A stretch of 64,000 nt of DNA from Plasmodiophora brassicae (Eukaryota): assembly GCA_036867785.1 (NCBI GenBank), contig CP145416.1, positions 1,178,001-1,242,000 on the forward strand. Reading direction: 5' to 3'. The notes under the pieces were generated by a model. The model was not told where the DNA came from. It saw only the letters and a list, made by a program, of their open reading frames with translations, and searched no databases. Shown here piece by piece: positions 22,300-32,911 of the stretch. Within the stretch, counting starts at the first letter, position 1; the number at the start of each line of letters is the position of its first letter. The position numbers and the translations under genes are program-made.

Positions 22300-22818
22300 C
22301 AGCGACTAGCCTAGCCGCAGTGGTACAATCCAACGATCCTGGTATAATAATGTCCACCAGTGTATGACGACATCATGGCGATTCTTCCTCCTGTTGTGCT
22401 CGACGTTCGTTCTGCTCTCGCCGTAGCTCTTCATAACGGGCCTAATGGTCGAGCTTAGACCCTTCCAGACTCATCAACGTAAAGCCAGACGCACCCATCT
22501 GTCGCGCCCTGCCTCAGTGTAAAACCGTCGGTAGAGGATGTACGATGACATGAGAATAGCGGGCCTATGTCTCCACTGGGTTCACAATGCACATCGCAGG
22601 TCGGCCCATGGAGGGCATGCACGCACCAGGTATAGCACGTGACTCGTAGCCAACGCACCTGCTCCGGCGTCCACGCCATGCCCTCCCACCGGCAACCGAC
22701 GACCCCACTTGACAAATTGCGAACCTCGATTTGGCTCTACGATTGCCCTATGGGCGGAGCATTCAGGATAACTGGCCTGGATATTCATTAACTACAAGGA
22801 TGCGTTCTTTCGGCGGCG

Positions 22819-25163
22819 TCAGGGTGCTACGCCCCGGTCTGGGGGCAACCCGAACCGCTGAATATGCGCCCTGAGCTTCGTGTTCTCGGCGCGTTCCGCG
22901 GCGAGCTGGTGACGAAGATATTCGATCTCAGACGCCAGCTGTCGGGCTAGGTCGACCTGTTGGATGTGGAACTGTCTGATCATGTCGACGTGAAGGTTGC
23001 GAATGTCGTCGCGGACGTCAGCCAGGGATTCATCCAGTGCCGCCCGGATAACCTGTCGTAAAGACAATGATGACATGACTCATCACTCATCAGACATCTT
23101 CAAATCGGTGTTACCTCTGTATGAAGGTTCCCTGCCACGCCCCGGTCTGGACCATCGGCGGCTTTTGGCACGGAAGCGCTATTACCCGGCTCAGCTGGAT
23201 GTTGACGGACATCACTTTCCCGATTCCTACTCGCGACCTTGCCCCTTTCCTGTGTTACGGTTCCTTTGACCGGTGAAGCAGTGCCGGCGGAAGAAGGTGG
23301 CACCGAGACCCCAGGGCTGTTGTCAAATGAAATTTGTTCCAGGACCTTCTTTGATAAGATCTCAAGCTCATCCGCAGCTGATTTGGCAGCCGTAGAAAGC
23401 GAAGGGGATTCGTCGCGTCGTTCCGGATAAGACGTGTTTTCAACTGAAATCTGCTCCAGCACCTTCTTTGATAGGACATCCATCTCATCGGCAACTGGTT
23501 TGCCAAACGCAGGAAGTGGTGGCCGCTCATCAGGTCGTTCCGGCAATGCCGAAGGGACGTCTTCGTCGCGGTCAGTACGGTCAAGGTGAACAGAGGTTCG
23601 TGCTGTAACAGGTGTCGAGCTGGAATCGAACCGCAACCTCTGCGATAGCGACCCGCGATCCTGAACAGGTGAGAACAAGCTCGACGGGGAGGTTCGTAAT
23701 GAATCCTGTCAACTCCAGTTAGAAGGGATGTGCTGAATCCGAGTATGATTGCATTCCCCTACTTTGCCGGATGATGGCCGTCCAACTGACCGCAGCTGGG
23801 GACGACTGGCGGCGATGTCCGACCTACCGACTGCAACATTACCGCGATCAATGCGCGTACGGATAGACCTCAGCGAACGAGCTTACGAGAGGCGCTGTGT
23901 ACTGGAGAAAACAGTGATGTCGCAGCGAAAGTGGAAGCCTCTGTACACACATACACTCAGCACGATTCGCAACCGTTTGTAAGGAGTAAGACGTGTTTGC
24001 AACCATTCTTTTCTTTGACGGCAATATCGTTCTGCACCTGCTCTGGTGGAGGCAACGGCACGTAACGAAGAATGTTTGTGAACGAGCCTTTTACAGTCAG
24101 CAGCGGCGCATTCGTTGAGCGTAGATCGTAAATGATAGTTTCGCCTGTACGGGTACGTTAGGCCGTGAGGCAATGAGATACCGATGGCGGAACTGCCTTT
24201 CGTCGTAGTTACAGCAACAACGGTCCCTTCGGATGCGAATCGAATAGTGTTCAGCGGGGCAGACGCTACAATGGGATGCAGTGCACATGCTTTCGAAATA
24301 TCGTAAAAGCGTATGCGCCGATCCAGGCCGCAGGTTGCCAAGAATTCCTGAACGTGCACACGTATCAGGCAAACAAACTGGGAAGGATCAGCGAGTTACC
24401 TTGTTCGTGGGAGAGAATGCCGCCCCCGTTGCAGGTGCAGTATGTGAGTTGGGGAATGCGGCCAGGGTCCGTTTGCTCTTGGCGTCATAAACAGTGACGT
24501 TTCCGGCGTCGTCGGTAGCACAAAGTACAAAGGCGCGCAGTGATGAGAAGCACAGGCACGATACAGCCGCTTTGGCTTTCAGTTCGCCGACCACGCCGCC
24601 GTGCACCAAACTGTGAACCGCGATCGGTCCTGTCGACCTCGCCGAAGCGACGTACCTGAGGGGACCTGTCACTCAACGCTGTGCACCCAGCCGTCAGGCA
24701 TACGAATCATCACTGCTGATCGCGACGTGTCGAACAGCATCGTCGCCATCCTTAAAGGTGAACGCCAGCTGCCCACTGCTGGCATTCCACGCCTTCACCG
24801 TTCCGTTGCTGAACCCGGCGCAAACGAACCGCGCCGACTTGGGCGCCAACGCCACACATCGAATGCCAGGCGCCTAGCACACACACACACAGTATGACGA
24901 AACAGTATTTCCATGGACAGCGTCTAGTGGACCTGGATCATGTACAACGGTTCGTTTTCCTTGACGGAATGCACGTACAGCGTGTCCTCGTCGCAGGACA
25001 CGACCCGGGTTTCGGCAGCGTCCATGCAGGTGACAGCAGGGGACCGAGCGCCGGCCCTCAAACGGTTCCTCTGCCACGCATCTGGCGGCTGGCCAGCGTC
25101 GCACGACACCACCGAGATGCCACCATCGGCATCCGCCCCGAGCAGCAACGCACGCCACGCCAT
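22819..25163 (-). CDS. NEDD1: NEDD1/GCP-WD gamma-tubulin targeting factor, multi-exon
   Basis: WD40 exons (HTAPATGAAFSPTNK, LATCGLDRRIRFYD), low-complexity linker, C-terminal helix IRAALDESLADVRDDIRNLHVDMIRQFHIQQ..AENTKLR. Confidence 0.85.
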
Positions 25164-25281
25164 CGCGTCGGGCCCCCGGTTCGAAATGGAACGACCGGCG
25201 CTGCAAAAGCCGGGGCCAGTTCCCGGGCCAAACCAGCACGACGTGTGGAAGACTTTCCGAAACGTGGGCCCAGTTTTTGGT

Positions 25282-25782
25282 TCATTGAAATTCGGATGCG
25301 GGGTCGATGGATGGGGGCGGGATCGCTTGCTTCAGGTCCGCCTGCATGTGTCTGGCGATACTGGCGAAGTCGTCGCGGGTGATCTCGAGAAACCCATACC
25401 GGGGCGGGCGCAGGTATTCGCTGAGGTGCGCGCGTTCGCTCTCCGGGACGAACCCGATGTCACGGACGATGGATCGGGCCGGGATCGGCCGACAATCGAC
25501 ATAGTTGACGTTGATGCGGAATTTGGCGGGGCGGCCTTTGACGGCGTCGAGCTCGGCGACGTTCTCGATCTCGTACGGGGTTGGGCTCGTGACCTTGCCG
25601 ACGGCCGTGAACGATCGCACCCAGTCCGTCCCTACCGGGCCGACCCGCGATGAGTAGTACATGAGCCACGATCCCTTCACAATGCGCCGCAGCGACACGA
25701 TCCGGTGGTACATGGCGAACCCGCCGGCGACGCACCGCTCGACATCGCTGCGCGGCAGAAACCCGATAAAGCATCGCGGCAT
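25282..25782 (-). CDS. EVE (PUA-like) domain protein, prokaryotic UPF0310-like, intronless
   Basis: FIG..DVERCVAGGFA..LRRIVKGSWLMYYS..SFTAVGKV..PY..FRINVNY..RYGFLEITRDDFASIARHM. Confidence 0.8.
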   Translation of the reverse strand: MPRCFIGFLPRSDVERCVAGGFAMYHRIVSLRRIVKGSWLMYYSSRVGPVGTDWVRSFTAVGKVTSPTPYEIENVAELDAVKGRPAKFRINVNYVDCRPIPARSIVRDIGFVPESERAHLSEYLRPPRYGFLEITRDDFASIARHMQADLKQAIPPPSIDPASEFQ

Positions 25783-25859
25783 TGAATATTGTTGCTGCGG
25801 TGTCTCTGTCAGCCTGTCACCCCCTCTGCGCGATGCAAGTCCGCCAGTACGCCCGGGAG

Positions 25860-26480
25860 CTACATGACGGTGACACCTCGTGACGCAGGCCTGGCCGAGC
25901 GGCACGCTGCTGAGCAGTTACCGTTGCCCCAACCCCTCGCAACAGGCGCCAGAAGTACCTTACCGGATGCTGGGATCCCAGGTGCTACCTTGCTGGATCG
26001 GGCTCCGTCTCTGTCGTGTTCAACGTTGCTGGGCAAGGTGTGCCGCGGCCAGGCATTGGTACCTACTGATCCGTGCGCGGACCTGTCGTGCACCGGCGGC
26101 ACGTCTTGAATGGAGCCGGAAAGCGTCCTTGCTGCGTGCGATGAGATTTCGTTCGCGCTAACGGAACCGGGCGTACTGATTGGCGACGGCGTCGTTCGTA
26201 TCCACGTGAGGGGTGATTCGAAGCCGGTCCACGTACGCGCCGTCCACACCGACGGATATGCGGTAGGCGTCGTTGGGTTGGTCCTCCAACTGGATCCTGA
26301 CGTCTCGCGTTGTAGATCGTCGAGCGTGATGACATGCCTGGGAAATGGCGAGGCAGCGGTCCTGTATACGAAAGCATGACTTCGCTTCTGATGGCGGAAC
26401 GTCCCGCGTTCCATGCCATGTTTGCAGAGCGCCTGCGAACTGCCCTTGAAGACGTTGTTGCCCAGGCCGACAACGTCCAT
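25860..26480 (-). CDS. Possible hypothetical protein
   Basis: 206-aa ATG-initiated ORF filling a gene-sized gap; no motif recognised. Confidence 0.25.
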   Translation of the reverse strand: MDVVGLGNNVFKGSSQALCKHGMERGTFRHQKRSHAFVYRTAASPFPRHVITLDDLQRETSGSSWRTNPTTPTAYPSVWTARTWTGFESPLTWIRTTPSPISTPGSVSANEISSHAARTLSGSIQDVPPVHDRSAHGSVGTNAWPRHTLPSNVEHDRDGARSSKVAPGIPASGKVLLAPVARGWGNGNCSAACRSARPASRGVTVM

Positions 26481-26601
26481 TGAGCCAGTACGCCTCTAGC
26501 AAGGTTCGTACGTCGTCTGACGAGCCGTGGCCGTGATGTCATTCTGAGTACGATCTCTGTTCAGCCGTGCATGCCCGGGCAGGGCGAACCGACCGTCAGG
26601 A

Positions 26602-27603
26602 TTATGTATTTCGATGCTGCGCCTCGTGGAGGCCAGCGACCAGCAAGGCCAGGTCACCATCGGTCAGCTTTCGTATGTCGCCGATTAGCTGCAGGACGGT
26701 CGCCAGGATGGTGGCCTCCATGATGACGCTGACCGTTTCAAAGACCACTAGGTCGCTTGATGGGCACGCTGCAATCGAATAGATACGATAAGCTCCGTTT
26801 GAGGCCGCGTATAAACTAGCGGGATAATATCAGGACACTGCATCGAACACTGCCGCTTGGTGCCCCTTCTGTACCTGTACAGGGCCAGCAGCGAGATCCG
26901 GTAGAATTTGGCGCCGACGTATGCGACGACCGGGACGATTGAGACGGCAACGACGATGACGTACTGAACGGTGCCGCCGGTCAGAGGCCATAGGAGATAG
27001 ATCACGGTGTACCACAAGACAATCGTGTCGATGCCAGCCAGGATCAAGACTGCCCTACTGTGCCGGTACGCGGTCAGTGCACTCCCATTATCGTCCTGAG
27101 CTGCTTCGTCTGAGGCATCGGGTGCGTGTTGTCGCACGCTTAGCACCGTCGAGGTTCCCGTTAGGCGGGGCGACAATCCAACGTTAATCTCCTGCCTTAT
27201 CTGGCTCTGTTGCGACGTGTACGGCACAGCCACCTGTGTCACGGTGAGTGTTCGTTAACCGGATTGCATTGTACTGGTGTGAACATGCTAATACAGGCGG
27301 TGGGTTGGAGTCTTGCGTGTTCTGCTCAATCAACTGTTCCTGCATCATGCGAGATGATGCCACGTCGCTGGCATGACTATCGGGTCGCACGACCAGTTGC
27401 ACAATAGCGCCGTCGACGACGCCGTTGGCTGCCAGCGCTGCGTTATCGCTAAGCTCGCGCCCGGCGAGAATGATTCGTTGGAGATGCAGCGGGACACTGA
27501 GCTGTTGCTCGATGCCACGTTTCAAGTCGAGCACCGTCCCTGACTCGTCCACGCTGTGCACCGTCACCGTCCGACCGGACACGCTGCGTACAGACACCAG
27601 CAT
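26602..27603 (-). CDS. Ubiquitin-like domain + ~4-TM protein, paralog A
   Basis: MLVSVRSVSGRTV..TVLDLKRGIEQQLSVPLHLQRIILAGRELSD (Ubl); TM region with AYVGAKFYRISLLALY; last exon ends DLALLVAGLHEAQHRNT*. Confidence 0.8.
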
Positions 27604-27655
27604 GCTGCTGTACGTTGGTCGTTAACCGACGCGTGCTGACTGGCCTTGTCATGAA

Positions 27656-27664
27656 ATGACTCAT
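27656..27664. promoter_or_regulatory. ATGACTCAT (AP-1/GCN4-type bZIP-like site) upstream of paralog A
   Basis: Lies in gaaatgactcattcat, which is identical upstream of paralog C. Confidence 0.35.
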
Positions 27665-27914
27665 TCATGGATCGGCCACACCCGCCATCGTTCTCTTGTG
27701 GTGTGCGCCGAGCAAGGTCCGGAATCGCTAGAGAATCGCGACATACTGGAACTGGATCTATTCGTATGTGCCGACGTCAATCAGAGTCGGCACGATGTTA
27801 TAACTGAGGTGTTTAACCTACGCTCCTGCGTTTCATGGCTAGTCAGTAAGATGACCTCTAGGAACAAGGGTAGGCAAAGAGCCGTCTGCCTCAGGTCTTC
27901 TGATGAACCATCAT

Positions 27915-28547
27915 TTATTTGGAGTACATCCTCTGGCAGTCATGCATGCCTAGACGGAGGGCGAGCTGATCCTCGGGCATCACCCGGTGTAGCACGTAGG
28001 CGAACCTGGCGACGGCCACTAGAATGATTAATTGGACGACCGCGCTGATGACGCCGATGCCAGCGACGACAATGTTGTCAAGCATAACGGTCACCATGAA
28101 GGTCCTGAATGCCGTTATGCCAACCAGGTAAACTCTGCAACCGCGCCCTTAGCCAACGCATTCGCTTATTGACCACTGTGGCTTACAGGTACAGATGAAG
28201 GCACGCCGGCCTGTACTGCCTGATGCCGATCCACCCAGCGCAAGGTGAGACGACAACGACAAGACCTGCCGCGGCAATCCTCCACGATGCCATCCAGGTC
28301 GTCTGCCACGCGACGATGTAGAACAGGGTCCACAAGCCGATTGTGTCGATAAGGACGAGCGGCATCACGTTCCGCTGGTAGGAATACGCCATTGACGCGT
28401 CCGACTCGGGGACCGCCGCGTTCACCTTGACGACTTCTTTCTGCCCATTCAGTCATCGCATTCGGAAGCGCATCGTATCACTAAAACGGTTACGCTTACA
28501 GGCCCTATTACGTTTTCTTCCAGATCAGGCATGCCAGCGGCTCCCAT
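27915..28547 (-). CDS. 4-TM protein of the same family without Ubl domain, paralog B
   Basis: LVLIDTIGLW..AGWIGIRQYRPACLHLY..VAVARF..EDQLALRLGMHD; start MGAAG at 28547 inferred; 2 introns. Confidence 0.7.
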
Positions 28548-28642
28548 ACTGTGCCGTTTGATGAACAGGTGATGAATGGGGGTCGCGCGCCCTCTGCCCG
28601 GCTCATTAACGACCATGGCACGCGACCTTTGCAAGCTTGTAT

Positions 28643-29644
28643 TTATACACTGGACTGTGAATGTCGTTGTTGGACCTCGTGGACGCCGGCGACCAGCAGG
28701 GTCAAGTCACTGCCGGCCAGCTGTCGTATGACGCGGATGAATCGCAGAGTAATCGCCAGGATAATGAATTCCATGACGACGCCGATCGACTCGAAGAAGA
28801 CAACGATGCCGCCGGATGAGTACGCGGCGATCAAATAGATACGATACACCGCGTTGACGGCCACGTAGGCACTGCACGGGTGGATCCCATCAGGGCACGA
28901 GATGACGCTTGGGGTGACGTTTCTACCTGTATAGGGCTAGCAACCCGGTCCGGTAGAATTTGGCGCCGACGTACCCGACGAACGGGACGATGAAGGCGGC
29001 AACGAGGACGACGTACTGGACGATGCCGCCGACAAGCGGCAGCCGAAGGAAGATCAGCGCGTACCACAGGACGAACGTGTCGATGAGGACGAACATGATC
29101 ACCGTCTTGCTGTGCACGTACGCTGACAGCGCTTTCATATCGTCGTCCTGCGTTGCGCGTCAGACGCAGCGGTGGCGCATGGCGCATGCTTAGTACCGCC
29201 GAGGTTGTCGACATGTGCGACGACACACCCGCGTTCAGCCGTTGCATCACCTGGATCTGCTCCAACGTGTACGGCACAGCCACCTGCGCAGGGGTGAACG
29301 TTCACCAAAGGGATATGCTGTAATGGTCTTCTTACAGGTTGCCCGTTGGGGTCGTGGGCCGCCTGCTCGATCTCGTGTTCCTGCATCATGCGAGCGAACG
29401 CTTCGTCGCTGACAGGTCTATCGGGTCGCACGACAAGTTGCACGAGGGTGCTGTCGACGATGCCGCTGGCGGCCAGCGTAGCGTTATCGTCAAGCTCTCG
29501 CCCGGCGTAAATGATTCGCTGCAGGTGCGAGGGGACATTGTGCTGGTGCTCGATGCTTCGCTTCAGGTCGAGAACCGCCCCCGATTCGTCGACGTTGTGC
29601 ACCGCCAGCGTCTGACCAGTCACGCTGCGTACCGACACCAGCAT
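28643..29644 (-). CDS. Ubiquitin-like domain + ~4-TM protein, paralog C
   Basis: MLVSVRSVTGQTL..LQRIIYAGRELDD; FVLIDTFVLWY..GYVGAKFYRTGLLALY..DLTLLVAGVHE; clear DNA similarity to paralog A. Confidence 0.82.
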
Positions 29645-29699
29645 TGTTGCTGTCTGCTGGTCGTTAACCGGCACGCGTGCCACAGTGCCCTGTCACGAA

Positions 29700-29708
29700 A
29701 TGACTCAT
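29700..29708. promoter_or_regulatory. ATGACTCAT site upstream of paralog C
   Basis: Same 16-mer at a similar distance from the ATG as for paralog A. Confidence 0.35.
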
Positions 29709-30037
29709 TCATCGACCGTGCATTCCGCCATCGTCCGTCGCGAGATACCCCTTCAGTCAGCGTCCACAGGTGTGTCTCGAATTTCCAGACAAACGACGGC
29801 AATGGCAACCGCCATTTTCTGTCTCCTTTACCCAATGCCGGCTTCCCTTCAGGGTGTATCAGCTGGGTCAGATCCGGGGTCCACAATGACTCACGACTAC
29901 GACAGATGGTCCAATGTCTTGGAAGTGGCGTTGGGCCAGTTGAGTCAACCCGGCGACAAACGAGAATTTCCCACTGTAATTGCAGATCGAGTGTCGCACC
30001 GACGATCGCAGCCGGCTCTGCGGCCGCTGGTCCGCCT

Positions 30038-30922
30038 ATGCGCCTGAACCTTCGTAGCGTGACCGGGCAAACGATTGTCGTCGATGGGATCGACGCCACA
30101 GGGACCGTTGCGGATCTGAAGAAGACCATCGAGACGCAGCAGAACATCCCACGGGAGTTGCAGCGGTTGATCTATCGAGGTCGGGAGCTGTGCGACGGCA
30201 AGGCGATTGCCGAATCGGGCGTGGCAGATGACGACGTTCTGCACCTTGTCATGCGCCCGCAGCGCGAGCTGACGGATGCCGACGTTGCTGAACTGCTCCA
30301 GGACGACGATTCAGCGCCTCACCCGCCGTCCATGGTCATTCACATGACGCCCTTGTACCAGGTGACGGCGCTGATACCTGCGCGTCCCCTATCAGTTGAC
30401 CCTGACTATGCTTCGTAGGTGCCGGACCGCTTCGACCATGGATTATCGGGCCTGTCGCTTCGTGCACGGAAAGTCTACAAGCGGTCGTTGGACGTCCGGA
30501 TCCTGGCCATCACGAACTTTGTCATCCTATGGGTATCCATGCTGATGTACAGCCCGATCCTGGTCCTGGTGTCGCTGTTCTCCTTAATGGCATACTGTAC
30601 GTATTGTAGTCGCCTCGTCAGCCGGGCATCGACTGATCCCATGTCGGTAGTCGGAGCGGCGACGTACCGGGTCTGGATACTGTACGCGTACCAGGTGGTG
30701 ACGGTGGCGATCGCGTCGTTCACGATGGTGAGGATGGGGCAGAACCGTATCGCCTGGTTCGTTGGCATGGTGGTGTTCCTCGTGCACGCCCACATTATCG
30801 TCCAAGTCCAGCTGTTCATCTGGGCCATACACAAGCTGTCGCCCGAGGAGGTTGTCCAGCTCAGGACGCTCGAGCACCCCCGTGGTGACCTTCCTCTCCA
30901 GCCTGCTGAGCCTGCCGCCTAG
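30038..30922 (+). CDS. Ubiquitin-like domain + ~4-TM protein, paralog D (divergently transcribed)
   Basis: MRLNLRSVTGQTI..TVADLKKTIETQQNIPRELQRLIYRGRELCD; ILAITNFVILW..GAATYRVWILYAY..IHKLSPEEVVQL. Confidence 0.8.
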
Positions 30923-31115
30923 TCGACAGTAAACCACAATATCGGAGCACCCGGGAGCCGGGTTGTGATATGTCGCCCAGTGGGACTCATGCGTGGTGAG
31001 CCCTGCCCCTGTCCCGTTGACTCAACAGATTGAGGGGAAGGCACACAGGTGTCAGTGCAACTGTGAAGTATCGACCCGACACAAGTAACTAGTCGAATCT
31101 TTTCACAGGCGCGCT

Positions 31116-32780
31116 ATGCGGCGAATAGGATTCTCGCTCAAGGCGGTCGCGTTACTCGCGATTCCAGCGCTGATCACGTTGGCATCGTCGCAGCCCGTAT
31201 TTGTCAATAACGGCGGCCAGCCAGACCAGGAGATCCAGCATTTCCTTAATGCCCTCAACCTGGAACGTCCCGGCGACGTCGTGACTCTCGAGGATCCCCA
31301 GGAGAGCCCGTCAGCAGGATCCTCAACGTCGCCTGAACAGCCCACTCCCGCACCGACTCCGAGTCCCACTCCGGCGCCAAGTACTGTCTTCCCGCCGCCT
31401 CCCCAGGTGCCGCTGGCACTCGCTGACACGCCACGTGCACAACTGCCAAGTCCTCAACCGACTCCTGTGCCCACCCCAAAGCCAACCCCGGTTCCACCTC
31501 CAGGTGTAACCCCAGAGCCGACTCCTGCGCCAACTCCAAGGCCCACGCCGGCACCAACGCCAGTACCAACTCCAGAGCCAACCCCGGCGCCTACCCCAAG
31601 GCCAACCCCGGCACCTACTCCAAGGCCAACCCCGGCACCTACTCCAAGGCCAACCCCGGCACCTACCTCGAGTCCAACGCCAGCGCCGACTCCTAAGCCG
31701 ACACCAGCTGCAACCCCTGCGCCCACTCCAGAGCCAACCTCGTCGTCGACTGCAGCGCCCACTCCAAAACCCACTCCCGCGCCTACTCCGAATCCCACCC
31801 CAGCTCCTACTCCGAACCCCACTCCAGTGCCAACTCCTGCTCCAGTGCCAACTCCTGCGCCAACCCCGGCGCCTACTCCTGCGCCAACTCCAGCGCCAAC
31901 TCCAAAGCCTACCCCTCAACCAACTCCGGCGCCTACTCCAGCAACTACTACCCCAGCACCAACGCCAGCGCCGACCCCTAAGCCAACGCCAGCGCCGACC
32001 CCGAAGCCAACGCCAGCGCCGACCCCAGCACCAACGCCAGCGCCGACCCCAGCACCAACGCCAGTGCCGACCCCGAAGCCAACGCCAGCGCCGACCCCGA
32101 AGCCAACGCCAGCGCCGACCCCGAAGCCAGCGCCAGCGCCGACCCCTGAGCCGACGCCAGCAACTACTCCAAAGCCAACTCCGGCTCCTACTCCAGAGCC
32201 AACCCCAGCGCCTACTCCAAAGCCGACTCCAACGCCCACTCCAAAGCCAACGGCGGCTCCTACTCCAGAGCCAACCCCAGCGCCTACTCCAAAGCCGACT
32301 CCAGCGCCCACCCCAAGGCCAACTCCAGCGCCTACTCCAAAACCAACATCAGCGTCTACACCTACGCCAACGCCTGCGCCTACACCTGCGCCTACACCTG
32401 CGCCAACGCCTGCGCCTACACCTGCGCCAACGCCTGCGCCTACACCTGCGCCAACGCCTGCGCCTACACCAAAGCCAACACCTGCGCCGTCACCAAGGCC
32501 AACCCCAGCGCCAACCCCTGCGCCTACACCAAGGCCAACGCCAGCGCCAGCGCCAACTCCAGCGTCCACACCAAGACCCACCCCAGCGCCGACTCCAAAG
32601 CCCACCCCAGCGCCGACTCCTGAGCCAACCCCAGCGCCAACCCCTCTGCCGGAGCTTACTCCTATGCCGACGCCCAGTTCCTTGACGCGCTCTATCTTCG
32701 ACGCTGAGCGCGACAGCATTCTCAAGAGGTTGTCAGATGGCCGTGCTGGGCACCGCCATAATAGCCTCTTCTTCATGTAA
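31116..32780 (+). CDS. Secreted Pro/Thr/Ala-rich repetitive protein (extensin/mucin-like), 554 aa
   Basis: Signal peptide [25 protein letters not shown]; more than 400 aa of [16 protein letters not shown] repeats. Confidence 0.88.
   Translation: MRRIGFSLKAVALLAIPALITLASSQPVFVNNGGQPDQEIQHFLNALNLERPGDVVTLEDPQESPSAGSSTSPEQPTPAPTPSPTPAPSTVFPPPPQVPLALADTPRAQLPSPQPTPVPTPKPTPVPPPGVTPEPTPAPTPRPTPAPTPVPTPEPTPAPTPRPTPAPTPRPTPAPTPRPTPAPTSSPTPAPTPKPTPAATPAPTPEPTSSSTAAPTPKPTPAPTPNPTPAPTPNPTPVPTPAPVPTPAPTPAPTPAPTPAPTPKPTPQPTPAPTPATTTPAPTPAPTPKPTPAPTPKPTPAPTPAPTPAPTPAPTPVPTPKPTPAPTPKPTPAPTPKPAPAPTPEPTPATTPKPTPAPTPEPTPAPTPKPTPTPTPKPTAAPTPEPTPAPTPKPTPAPTPRPTPAPTPKPTSASTPTPTPAPTPAPTPAPTPAPTPAPTPAPTPAPTPAPTPKPTPAPSPRPTPAPTPAPTPRPTPAPAPTPASTPRPTPAPTPKPTPAPTPEPTPAPTPLPELTPMPTPSSLTRSIFDAERDSILKRLSDGRAGHRHNSLFFM
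31340..32680 (+). repeat. Coding tandem repeat, 12/24-nt units (PTPx)n
   Basis: Blocks such as ccaacgccagcgccgaccccgaag (~31960-32160) and cctgcgcctaca/cctgcgccaacg (~32370-32470). Confidence 0.9.
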
Positions 32781-32911
32781 ACTTTACATCGCATCTCGTC
32801 GTACGTCTATTGCTCGCGGCTCATGAGAGTCGTATGGCCGGTTGTTGTTGGGTGCTAAAATAGGTCGCCCGCAATGCATCGTCGTTTGCGTCGGCGCCGA
32901 CGTGTTCAGAC

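Noticed and set aside
22350-22790. Possible small spliced gene between DRC8 and NEDD1
   Set aside because: I could not build an open spliced frame despite intron-like signals.
29339-30037. Long N-terminal extension of Ubl paralog D
   Set aside because: Overlaps paralog C on the opposite strand; the Ubl starts at ATG 30038 as in the paralogs.
31103-32794. Gly/Val/Ala-rich minus-strand ORFs as silk- or elastin-like proteins
   Set aside because: Antisense shadow of the PTPA repeat; the + frame carries the signal peptide.
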